A stretch of 64,000 nt of DNA from Octopus sinensis (Eukaryota), in NCBI RefSeq assembly GCF_006345805.1, contig NC_043012.1, positions 56,606,001 through 56,670,000 of the forward strand, in the 5' to 3' direction. Of the stretch, positions 11,057 through 22,254 are shown one piece after another (the first letter of the stretch is position 1; the number at the start of each line of letters is the position of its first letter). The notes under the pieces are model-generated. The model was not told where the DNA came from. It did no database searches and worked only from the letters and a program-made list of their open reading frames with translations. The position numbers and the translations under genes are program-made.

Positions 11057-12396
11057 TCTGCACTGTTTGAAGGTGCTACGATACTAGTACCCTGTTTGAA
11101 AAATATATGTAGAAAATTTCAGTGAAGAATGCCCAGTATATTCAGAAAGACGCGATGGTCAAGGCTGGAATGTTTTGTCACATGTCTGTTGGATCAGGAC
11201 TTGCCACCACCACTCCAACAACTACAACAAACAACTACTTGCTGTCTGATAGTAAGCAGATAGAAAAAGCACGAAAATACAATTAAAAAGAATATAATTA
11301 TTTTTATTAACGAAATTAAAGATACTTTAATTATAAAATATATAAACCAATAGTTGATGAAATGTTGGTTAACGATTCTTTTAAAATTGAAATAAATGAT
11401 CATTAATAATCAGAAATACAGATCAATAAGAAACTCGCAATTTCAATAATTCTATCACCTCTGCTTCAGTAGCAGACAGCAAGGAGTGAAATGGTATTTG
11501 AGTGTGTTTTAAACCCGATATTATGTGGGGGTGGGGATTGTTGTTAGCACATTTTTTCTTTCAGTTTAGTTCGAGAATCTTTAATTGAGATGTGTCACTA
11601 ATTAGAAACAAGGTTACTGATAAGAGAATCAGTAACTTGTATTCCGTTTTACACTTTGCAATAATTACAAGACCTGGATCGGCACTTCTTAAGAATTTTA
11701 GGGCTACATTCTCCTGTACCCCGCCTTGTTTAAAACAACAGAGGGAAGTGATTTGAGAGAGATTTGGTTGTTATTTCTTGTATGTCGATCGATCAAGCAG
11801 ATACTCCTCCGTTCGCTAATTACGTGTTAATGTGTTTTAGACTTGATATACCTAAAGACCGTTACAAGAATTATAAGTTTTCTTCAACAAAAACCAAGTT
11901 GATTTTTAGTTAGATTCTTACGTTCACGGGTATTTGTTTTAAATTATTGGACTTCATTTTGGTTTCTTGTAAATGCAGATATACTTCAGGTTACATCGTG
12001 TTCCAAGACATGCGACTTAACACGAAAAACCACGTAACACATGCACGCACGCACACCTCACACACAAACATTCTGAAATAATTTATTAGCTCGTAGCTGT
12101 TTTAATAAATGGTTTGTACATATATTGTACCTGTATTTTATTTGATTTTCCTCTTCATTATTCTTTTTTTTAAATTTCATGCTTATAAATATGTTCGCTG
12201 AGATCGATGTAAAGTCAGATAAATCGACAGAAATTGAGGATTAATTTTTCTCACGTTTTCGGCTATGGAGATTCGGATTCAGAAAAAAAATTTTTTCAAA
12301 AATTGGAACTTCAAAATTTAATCCCCCACCCACCACAAGCCTCAGCATAAGAATAAAGTCGAAAAAGACGTAACACGAAACGACGTAGGTTGAGGT

Positions 12397-12452
12397 ATGC
12401 CTGTACTTAGCAGCAGATTGATTTTTATCGATCTACTGCTAAGTACAGGCAT
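12397..12452. repeat. 56-nt near-perfect hairpin
   Basis: atgcctgtacttagcagcagat / atctactgctaagtacaggcat: 21 of 22 bp paired, loop tgatttttatcg. Confidence 0.9.
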
Positions 12453-13015
12453 TCACACAGGAAAACCATGTGGCGCTATTCACACTGGAAAACCATGTGA
12501 GCATTAATATATTTAATGTAGCAAGCATTATGGTGATCTTTGACAATAACATTCCATTTTCATTTTGTCAAAGTATAGCCTAACTAGAAGTTGAGAGATC
12601 ACATTACTCTGTTATTAATATTAAAATGTGAGGCTTTGTTCCATTGTTAAGACATCTATATTCTAATTATTAATCAAAGTTAGATTTTCTTATTGTTATA
12701 TCAGTAGGCTTCCATTACAACAGTTTATTTTTAAAATCTCAACACGTTTTATTATGGCCTAACTAGCCAAACATAGAATTCACTGTGCTTATTCATCTGG
12801 GATTTTCTTATTCTTGTTTGTTTTTCAAGTACATGCTTCTGGCCATTCTACGTTATTTTTCTTAGATCATTTTATATATGGTTGCACAGACATTGCTGTG
12901 TGGATATAGAGTTTGTTCAGGAATCATGTAGAGATCTTGAGGTTTAACTCTCTCTACAGTACCATAGGTAAGTGACAGGAAGGGCACCGACTATAGAAAC
13001 ATCTGCCTCTACCAA

Positions 13016-13423
13016 TTTCGGTTTGAACGGCAGTTTTTAAAAATAATTTCCACGTAACTAAACACTTTTAAACTTCGTATACTGGTAGAATGTGTTTATA
13101 AAACATCTTTTTCTCTTGGCTTTATTGAGAAAATTCCATAGTTTGTAAGATATTTGTTGTTTTTTTTTTCTGCAATTTCAACCAATCAATGACGTCTATG
13201 AGGTAAAAAAAAATCATTCTGTGCCGTATGAATATGTTCCTCGTTTAAGAAACAGATTGGGTTTATTTACATTTGTGAAGAAAAAAAGATACCCTTCCCC
13301 CATCCTTAACCCTAACCCTAAAACAGATTGAAATGCAATAGATCGATACTAGGGTCATAATTATGGGTGACAATTTCATATGACACCGCTAGAAAAAACT
13401 GCCGTTCAAACCGAAAAGATCCC
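13016..13423. mobile_element. MITE with 23-bp TIRs and an internal short (CCCTAA)n
   Basis: tttcggtttgaacggcagttttt (13016-13038) is the reverse complement of 13394-13416; taaccctaaccctaa lies near 13306-13320. Confidence 0.75.
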
Positions 13424-13832
13424 AACGATGATAAAAATATTAGTGAAACAAATGTTTCAAACTGTTGACCCCTTTAGCATTTAAACGAGCCATATTCTAC
13501 CTGTTTTATCTCCAAATCAACCAGATCTGGCTTCTCACACCTACCCTAGAATGTCAATTTAAAAATAAACAATCACACCATCGAAATCTCTAAGCTATGA
13601 GGTAGCGCTTTATCATTTCAAAACAATGTGAATAAATAAGCATTACACTTGACAAAGTAATCTAAATGCTGAAGGGTTAAAGACGAAATTGTTTTTAATA
13701 TTTACATCTATACTAGGTTTCAGACTGTTTAGTCCCTGATCATCATACAAGTGTCAGTGGTCTCCTCGTGGGTAAGAGTTACTACCCCTTATTTGGAAAT
13801 GAATTTTCCTAGTTTCAATTCGGTCTGCTACT

Positions 13833-14176
13833 ATTCTTTTACTTGTTTCAGTCGTTTGATTGCAGCCATGCTGGAGCACCACCTTTAGTCAAACAAATCG
13901 ACCCCAGGACTTATTCTTTGTAAGCCTTGTATTTATTCAATCGGCCTCTTTTGCCGAACCGCTAAGTTACTGGGACGTAAACACACCAGCATCAGTTATG
14001 AAGCATATATATACGACGGGCTTCTTTCAGTTTCCATCTACGAAATCCACTCACAAGGCTTTGGTTGGCCTGAGGCTATAGTCGAAGACACTTGCCCCAG
14101 GTGCCACGCAGTGGGACTGAACCCGGAACCATGTGGTTGGTTAGCAAGCTACTTACCACACAGCCATTCCTGCACC
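13833..14176 (-). mobile_element. SINE family A copy in the KPTN intron
   Basis: Same diagnostic blocks, with an internal deletion. Confidence 0.85.
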
Positions 14177-14745
14177 TTGGCATTCAGTTGGTTATGATAA
14201 TGAAGGTTCCAGTTGATCTAATCAACATAAAAACCTGCTCGTGAAATTAACATGTAAGTGGCTGAGTGCTCCATAGACATGCATACCCTTAACCAGGCTA
14301 TTTGATGTCAAAAGAGATAAGATGATTTAAAATTTTTCTAACTTGTCCCACACTTTGGCTGAAATAAGAGGAAATATTAGTCTTATTTATAAAGAGGAGA
14401 GATGCCAAAAGTTTCCATTATTTTAGTAGGAGCTGGTATTTATCAGTTTAAGAACTAAGGAGTAAATTCTTTAGCATTTAAGTTGGCTGTACTTTGGCCA
14501 AATATTCCACCAGTTTTATGTTCAAAGCAGCTAAATCCAGCCTCTCACATTTTCCCCACAATGTCACCATGTCATTCTAAAAATAAGCCATCCCATCATT
14601 GAAATCTTGAAACTGTGAGATAATACATGATTAATTTAAAACAAGCATTACATTTGACAGATAATCTGATTGTTAAAGAATTAAGATGATTCTTTCATTT
14701 TCAAAACAATTTTTAAACATGGATTTATTGATTTTTATTTTTCAG

Positions 14746-15780
14746 GATGTTAGCCTTGAACATTCATTTATGGAGGTTTCTGTTGTGGAGTATTTTCCAG
14801 AGTTCCAGACAATAACCAGTTGTATTCTGTGGATCAACATTGTTTACGTTGACAAAAATAAGCAAAGAATTACTGCCAGAGGACATCAGAACGGTGAAAT
14901 TATTGTCTTTTTAGTCGAACCATTGTCTAAAGTCATCTTAAAGCAGTTTTCAATTTGTCATGATGGACCAATCACTCGAGTTCTACTGTTTACGTCAGAA
15001 AGCAAAGTAGCGGTACCTGCATGTCTTGAGCATCTTGGCCTTGAGAGTAATACCGAGTGTGATGTGTCTGACTATCACCTGCTTGTTGTGAGTGCAGTTG
15101 AACATTCTGTTGTCTATAAGAATGTGCTAAACAAGGAGTTCTCTGACCAACTTCTACTTCCTGATAGTAATAAATCTGACTGTGTTATGTGTGCTTGTGC
15201 AGTAGATATTGACTTTGATGGCCAAAACGAACTGCTGTTGGGTACATACGGGCAAGAACTTTTAGCTTACAAGTTTCAGACAATAGCACCTCAAGAACCT
15301 GCAAGCCCGATTGATAATTTTGACGAACTTCAAACAATGAATTCCAGGAGAAAAGCTTACTCTTTTTCTGTCAGCAGTAAGAAAATGTACAAATACACGA
15401 CTGGAGATTTAACATCGACTCCAAAGACAGTCTATAAAGATGATTCTAGCATGCCTGATAACTGGAATATTAACAGCTATTCACCTGAGGTTGATATCAT
15501 ATCAGATATGTTTAACACTCGACCTTCGTTCTCCAAAGGTCAGCCTCAAGCTGGTTACCAGTTGTTGTGGCACCGTAGTTTCGCTTCTCCAGTTGTTGCT
15601 GTCGAACATGCTGATGTGATGGGTGATGGTATGGATGATCTAATTGTTCTTACCCTTAAAGGGCTACATATACTACAGCCAAATTTAACTAACGTCGCTG
15701 AAATATGCTTTAATAAATTAAATGCATTGTTGAATTCTTCCATGTCAAACGATGAAAATGAAAAGAGAGAAGCTACTTAA
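14746..15780 (+). CDS. KPTN: Kaptin, coding exon 2 of 2
   Basis: tttttatttttcag|GAT in phase 0. Motifs DGPITRV, DQLLLPDS..D.V.C, DIDFDGQNELLLGTYGQELLAYK, LLWHRSFASP and DVMGDGMDDLIVLTLKGLHILQ match kaptin. Stop TAA at 15778-15780; total 518 aa. Confidence 0.95.
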   Translation, partial: DVSLEHSFMEVSVVEYFPEFQTITSCILWINIVYVDKNKQRITARGHQNGEIIVFLVEPLSKVILKQFSICHDGPITRVLLFTSESKVAVPACLEHLGLESNTECDVSDYHLLVVSAVEHSVVYKNVLNKEFSDQLLLPDSNKSDCVMCACAVDIDFDGQNELLLGTYGQELLAYKFQTIAPQEPASPIDNFDELQTMNSRRKAYSFSVSSKKMYKYTTGDLTSTPKTVYKDDSSMPDNWNINSYSPEVDIISDMFNTRPSFSKGQPQAGYQLLWHRSFASPVVAVEHADVMGDGMDDLIVLTLKGLHILQPNLTNVAEICFNKLNALLNSSMSNDENEKREAT

Positions 15781-15991
15781 GACATTTCATCTTTCCTCTC
15801 CATCATGTGTATAATTTTTATTGAAGAAAATTAAATTATTACGATAATTACCAAACTTTTTTCTTTCTTTCTCTTTGTAATATTGGAAAAATATATTTGA
15901 TAGCATTTTGGGTAAGTGTTCCTCTATTGTGGTCCTGGGATGACCAAATCCTTCTGCGTGGATTTGGTGGACAGAAATTATATACATGCGT

Positions 15992-16323
15992 GAAGCACAT
16001 GGCTCAGTGGTTAGAGCATTGAGCTTATGATTGTGAGGTTGTGAGTTCGATTCCCGGATCGGGCTGCATGTTGTGTTCTTGAGCAAGACACTTTATTTCA
16101 CGTTGCTCCAGTTCACTCATCTGTAGAAATGAGTTGTGATGTCACAGGTGCCAAGCTGTATCGGCCTTTGCCTTTCCCTTGGATAACATCAGTTGCTTGG
16201 AGCGGGGAAGCTGGTATGCATGAGCGATTGCTGGCCTTCCATAAACAACCTTGCTTGGACTTGTGCCTCAGAGGTAACTTTCTAGGTGCAATCCCATGGT
16301 CATTCATGAGTGAAGAGGGTCTC
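15992..16323 (+). mobile_element. tRNA-derived SINE family D
   Basis: A box tggctcagtgg, B box gagttcgattcc, body ending ctttctaggtgcaatcccatgg..ggtctc. Homologous to 45004-45333 and 59899-60236. Confidence 0.85.
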
Positions 16324-16579
16324 CTCCTATATACACATTATATATATATATATACATACATTTATATATATATTAATTTGGGAATAATTAGGGAATTCCG
16401 GCGTCACAGGGATTCAAATAAATTGAATTATTCTTGATAAGAAAATATGTTATTTAGAGATAGCAGTCCCCATGCAATTCATCAAATCCTAATATACATC
16501 ACACCATATCATAGAATTTTATTTTAATACTTACTCTATCAGTTCCAAATTTCTCTTTTGCATGTGTTTCATGAGGTGC

Positions 16580-16582
<3 letters not shown>

Positions 16583-16638
<56 letters not shown>
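16583..16638 (+). repeat. (TA)n microsatellite
   Basis: Directly visible; one of many TA, TG, AAT and CAT tracts in the window. Confidence 0.95.
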
Positions 16639-16639
<1 letters not shown>

Positions 16640-17204
16640 GCACACACACACATATATATGACAAGCTGTTGTGTATATGTGTGTGCTTGTCTTTGTTTCT
16701 TTACATCATACTTTAGTTGTAAACAAGTATCACCATCATACAAGTAGAGTCCTTCATTTCCAATCTTCTGTAAAAACATGTTTAGCCACAGGAAAGCATT
16801 ATTTTGCTTAGAGAGTTGGTAACATGAAAGTGCATTCCACTGTAGAAATCTGCCTCTTTGAATTCTGTCTAGCCCATGTGAATATGGAAAAGTAGATGTT
16901 AAGAAGACAGTGATGATGATGGTTAATAATGTTTTATATACATATATGTGTGGAAGTATATTGTTTTCTGTGTGTGTACATATTTAATGCGTGGAAAAAT
17001 TTTAACTTATGTATTCCCAGGTACACATAATGCAATTGCTAACAACATAAATCAGATTCTGGTGAAATTTGAAGTCCTGCAGAACAGGTACAGGTGACTC
17101 ACACACTTTCAAAGGTGATGACTGCAAATAATGAGCATAAATCGAAATCAAAATCAAATTCGATGACTAGTGGAGTGCTAAGAGCACCATCTGAGCGTGA
17201 TCGT

Positions 17205-17591
17205 TGCCAGAGCAACAAACTGGCTTCCATGCTGGTGACACGTAAAAAGCACCATTCGAGTGTGATCGTTACCTGCATCACCTTACTGGCACTTGTGCTG
17301 GTGGCACGTGAAAAAACATTTGAGCGAAGTCATTGCCAGTGCTGCTGAACTGGCTCCTGTGCAGGTGGCACATAAAAAGCACCATTTGAGCGTGGCTGTT
17401 GCCAGTACCACCTGACTGGCCCTCATGTTGGTGGCACATAAAAGCACCCACTACACTGTTAGACTGGTTGGAGTTAGGAAGGGTATCCAGCTGTAGAAAC
17501 TCTGCCAGATCAGATTGGAGTCTGGTTTGCCAGACTTCGGTCAAATCGTCCAACCCATGCTAGCATGGAAAGCGGAAGTTAAACGATGATG
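17205..17591 (+). mobile_element. 5'-truncated RTE 3'-UTR copy with about 60-bp tandem units
   Basis: Four gtg(g/a)cac(g/a)t(a/g)aaaa(gc)ac units, then cactac..ggaagggtatccagctgtagaaac..catgctagcatggaaagcgga..aacgatgatg. Similar copies lie near 27437-27775, 29450-29746, 45670-46056, 46850-47115, 50890-51310, 55560-55789 and 58910-59220. Confidence 0.8.
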
Positions 17592-18534
17592 AATGTCCAA
17601 TCTACTTTGACTCTTTAATGGTCAACCAATGTAGTTTTACTGTCCATATTGTAAAGAAATTGACATGTAATTCCCCACTTCACACTAAACAAAAACTACG
17701 TGCTGGCATTTCCAAGATTATGAATCTCACATTGGCCCACTTCACTGCATGCAGATTCACAGAATTTGAATATGATGGTCAATCATTCTCAGTTCCCTAT
17801 AGATTGCTAACAATATACATGGCTGTGTGGTAAGGGCAAGAACCTTGCTTCTGAGCTGCATGGTTCTGGGATCAGTCCTACTGTGTGACACCTTCAAGTG
17901 TCTTCTACTATAGTCTTGGGCTGACCAAAGCCTTGTGAGTAGATATAGTATCTATTTGTGTGTCTGTGTTTGTCCCCCTGACTACCACTAGACAACTGGT
18001 GTTTTATGTCTCCGTAACTTAGCAGTTCAAAAAAAGGGACTGATAGAATAAGTACCAAGCTTTAAAAAAAAAATGTATTGGGGGTTGATTCTTTTGTAAG
18101 TTGACTTTGTAGATAAAAAGAAGCTCACACACACAAATATGTAATAGAAAAAGTAAGCAGAAACCAGGTGTGATATTCTGCTAATTATTTTCTATTATTT
18201 AGTTAATATTGCACACTTGATCCTATCCCAAGTTTGGAGCCCACAACTGACCTTTTGTTATTGGTAGATAGATAAATATCTATGTGTGTGTGTGTAGATG
18301 TGTATGTTTGTTTCTCCTTGTCTTCACATCACGTGGTAGTTGTAAAATGATCGTCGCTGACATATGAGCAGTGCCATTCATTTCCCTTTTTCTGCAAATA
18401 TGAACCTTGCTTTGGGGAAATTACTTGGAAACAGGTGAGGGTTAGCATCCAGCCATCGGAAATCTGCCTGAATAAACTCCGTCTGACCCATGCAAGCATA
18501 GAAAAGTGAATGTTAAAATTATGATGATGATTAT

Positions 18535-18718
18535 CATTTACATTTAATGGATATTTGTGCTCATCTTGTTTTTAGTTAACACGTTTTGGCTGATATACTC
18601 TCCAGCCTTCATCAGGTGTCTTGGGGAAATTTTGAACCTGGGTTCTTATTCCTAAGGTATTTTTCGATGTTATTATTATTATTATTATTCAGGTCTTAAC
18701 CTTTATGCCATATGCCCA
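18535..18718 (-). mobile_element. Second, inverted and internally deleted copy of the same tRNA-SINE/hammerhead element
   Basis: Reverse complement aligns to 18719-18960 (gacctgaat(aat)n aacatc..ggttcaaaatt..ccccaagacac CTGATGA aggctgga..tcagcc AAAACG..caaatatcc). The B-box segment is deleted. The junction is the 24-bp palindrome 18707-18730. Confidence 0.75.
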
Positions 18719-18960
18719 TGGGCATATGGCGTAGTGGTTAAGAGAGCGGGCTACTAACCCCAAGATTCTGAGTTTGATTCCAGGCAGTGACCTGAATAAT
18801 AATAATAATAATAATAATAACATCAAAAAATACCGTAGGAATGAGAACCCAGGTTCAAAATTTTCCCCAAGACAACCTGATGAAGGCTGGAGGGTGTATC
18901 AGCCGAAATGTTAACAACAAGCAAGATGAGGACAAATATCCGTCAAATGTAAATAATGTG
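18719..18960 (+). mobile_element. tRNA(Ser)-headed SINE-like element with (AAT)n and a degenerate hammerhead in its 3' part
   Basis: A box TGGCGTAGTGG (18727-18737), anticodon-like loop CTACTAA, B box GAGTTTGATTCC (18770-18781), (AAT)n, then CTGATGA (18877-18883) AGGCTG..CAGCC GAAA (18905-18908). Confidence 0.7.
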
Positions 18961-20131
18961 CATGATTCCTCATTTTTTAAAATATAGAACTGTATTATGA
19001 TGATGATGATGATTGCAGTGAGATGTTGGCACAACAGTTGACAATGGCTAGATACTTTTCCTACTCTCAGCCAACCGACCACCCAATATTTAGGAGTTGT
19101 TATTCAGCATCAGGTCAGACTTATGATCAAAGGCTGTCCTGCTGTGATCTTTGATCCTATCCTTAAAAAAAATTTTTTTTATTCATATGGTGTATCTAAG
19201 ACTATGAAATTTTGGGAGAGGGGGCCAGTCGATTAGATTGATCCCAGTACGCAACTGGTGCTTAATTTATCGACCCTGAAATGATGAAGGGCAAAGTTGA
19301 CCTTGGTGGAATTTGAACTCGGAACGTAAAGACAGACGAAATATCGCTAAGCATTTCGCCGACAGAAATGTGTGTGTGTGTGTATACATACATACATACA
19401 AATAGACTGAGTGAGAGAGAGAGAGAGGATTGAGATTTGTTAGCTGATTCTAAGAAGTTGACAGAAAGCAGATCTTTTAGCTCGAGGTGAGCAGAGTTAT
19501 GTACCTTGGTTAACAGCACGACACTATGGCTACAGTAATAGTATTAGTTAGCGTCCTTTTCAGAGTTGTAACACGTTTGGCAAAATGACTTGACTTCATC
19601 TGTATATTGGAAGTGAAACAATAACATTGCAGAAGAGTTACGATAGACGTTTAACATATACGAATACTGATATATATTCAGATCACTGCCAAGGCTGTCT
19701 TGGCAGCACTGTAGGTCCCTGGGACTAGGCCTCGGGGCCCTAGACCCGTGAAGCCCCTGGATAACTGCCCAGTGCGTCCATGCTTTAAGACAGTACTGGT
19801 TACCAGAACTGTGGGACATCACTGAAGTTCTCTTCTTGTGAACACATCCTCAACATAACTAAAACTGGATCATATCGTTTGTAGAGTCAGTCTTTCTTCA
19901 TCAGTTCCAAATAAAATTAATTCTCTACGAAATTCAAGCAAGACATGGAATGCTGTATTGCTTCCGTAGCTTGGTGCTACTGTTGTTACACATACAAAAA
20001 AGACCTCCAACTGATAGGCATGAAAGCACTTACCATCAAATACAAAGCTTTAGCCCACAAATGTGCTATTTTTTCTTTGTCTTTCCTAATGTTACTGCAG
20101 GGGCTGCTGCTTCTCAAAACTTCCTTGTCTT

Positions 20132-20568
20132 GCGGCGAGCTGGCGAAATGCTTTGCAGTATTTCGTCTGCCGCTACGTTCTGAGTTCAAATTCCGCTGTG
20201 GTCGACTTTGTCTGTCATCCTTTCGGGGTCGATTAAATAAGTACCAGTTACGCACTGGGGTCGATGTAATCGACTTAATCCGTTTGTTTGTCCCTTCTGT
20301 GTTTAGCCCCTTGTGGGTAGTAAAGAAATAGGTAAAGGCGGTGAGCTGGCAGAAACGTTAGCACACCGGGCGAAATGTGCTGCCGTATGTCATCTGCCGT
20401 TACGTTCGGAGTTCAAATTCCGCCAAGGTCGACTTTGCCTGTCATCCTTTTGGGGTCGATAAATTAAGTACCAGTTATGCACTGGGGTCAACGTAATCAA
20501 CTTAATCCCTTTGCCTGTCGTTGTTTGTCCCCTCTATGTTTAACCCCTTGTGGGCAGTAAAGAAATAA
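20132..20568 (+). mobile_element. SINE family B, two tandem copies
   Basis: gcgagctggc(a/g)gaaa..gagttcaaattccgc..gtcgactttg..tcatcctttcggggtcgat..aagtaccag..aaagaaatag occurs twice. Further copies lie near 32880-33098, 39944-40180, 47140-47580, 54696-55095 and 61020-61322. Confidence 0.85.
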
Positions 20569-20610
20569 GATTCTTCTGACTCATTCATTTTTTCTTTCTT
20601 TCGTCAGCCC

Positions 20611-20792
20611 TATTGTACTGCACAAACCAATAGTACCCAGTTGCTCTTCTCCAGAACCTCAGGCCTTAGGGATTCATTCTCTACACGTTTTTTCCTGTAG
20701 TTATTGTACTGCACAAACCAATAGTACCCAGTTGCTCTTCTCCAGAACCTCAGACCTTAGGGATTCATTCTCTACACGTTTTTTCCTGCAGT
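20611..20792 (+). repeat. 2 x 91-bp tandem duplication
   Basis: tattgtactgcacaaaccaatag.. at 20611 and 20702, near-identical. Confidence 0.9.
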
Positions 20793-22254
20793 TATTGACT
20801 CGCAACTGCTTAAGACAAACGTTAATGATATTTATATACAGGCTGTAGGGAGAGTCCTGTTTTCCTAACCAGGCCAAAGATAGATTAATAAATAAACCAT
20901 AAAATCTAAACGTCTTTGTTGCTATATTTCTGTTGAAATACACAGCTTTTATTTCAATTAACTTAAAAAATAACGTTATCTTTATTAAGCTGGAGTTTGG
21001 AAGATAAATTTTTATGAAATTTTGATGGCAGGTTTTAATGTTGATCACTATAACCGTATCCAGGTCTAAATATTTACGGGGACGTAAACACACCAGCATC
21101 GGTTGTCAAGCAATGCTAGGGGGACAATCACATACACATATATACGACAGGCTTCTTTCAGTTTCCGTCTACCAAATCCACTCACAAGGCATTGGTCAGC
21201 CCGGGGCTATAGCAGAAGACACTTGCTCAAGATGCCACGAAGTGGGACTGAACCCAGAACCATGTGGTTGGTTAGCAAGCTACTTACCACACAGCCACTC
21301 CTGCGCCTACTTGCCATTCTACCTGCTTTATGTTCAAACTGGCCATGTCCAGCTTCTCACATCTACCTTGCATTGTCATTCTAAAAAATAAACAATCACA
21401 TCATTGAAATCCTAAAGCTATGAGATTATGCATTATTAATTCAAAACAATATGAATAAATAAGCTTTGCATTTGACACAGTAATCAGAATATTAAAGGGT
21501 TAAAACAAGAAGTTTGTATTGTAGAACTAGAGGCGGTTTGAGGTGGGTGAGTACGAAAAGGGTTAGAGCGTCATCCTTCATGTAATTACCAGGTCACTGA
21601 CACAATTCCACTTTCTGACATTTTATATTATACTAGTACATGCATAAAAAATAATTATTTTCAATATATAAATAATAAACTCTAACACACAAAGGTTAGA
21701 AATTTTGGTTGGTGGGTTTAGTTACTTAGTTCAACTCCACTGTTCAAGTGGAGCTTATTTATTTAAGTATGTGCAGAAGGTGGAAAAGTAATGTTAATAT
21801 CAATGGAATTTGAACTCAAGATATCATCATTTAATGTCAGTGTTCCATGCTAGCATAGGTGGGATGGTACCACAAGAGCCAGCCAGGCTGAAGCCTGCAA
21901 CAGACTTCTGTGACTGTTTTGGCAGGATTTTTACAGCTGGACGTCCTTCCTAACACCAACCACACAGCAGAGTGGACTTAGAGATTTTTATGTGGCACAA
22001 GCACAGGCAAGGTGGGTAGTGCTTTTTACGTGGCACAAGCACAGGCAAGATCAGTTTTGGCAAGGATTTTACAGCTGGATGCCCTTCTGAACACCAACCA
22101 CTTTAGTGTGGACTGGATGCTTGTAAGTGGCACCTGCACTGACAGGGTCACCAAATACTTGCAAGACAAAAACTTTTCAGAGGGGAGGAGGCATTGGAGG
22201 AGATGATGATGAAAAAGGTTACAGTGAGATGGATACAGGTGTCTTGCTGTAGAG

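Noticed and set aside
13306-13320. Interstitial telomeric repeat
   Set aside because: Only about two CCCTAA units, internal to a MITE.
15992-16075. tRNA genes (also 18719, 45004, 48957, 59899)
   Set aside because: A/B boxes are present, but acceptor stems are incomplete and each continues into a shared repeat body. These are SINE heads, not tRNA genes.
17021-17087. Plus-strand exon-like block (THNAIANNINQILVKFEVLQN) downstream of KPTN
   Set aside because: No partner exons, no recognisable homology, and KPTN already terminates at 15780.
17205-17460. CRISPR-like appearance of gtggcacgtaaaaagcacc repeats
   Set aside because: The intervening sequences are homologous to each other rather than unique spacers, the context is eukaryotic, and the array belongs to an RTE LINE 3' UTR.
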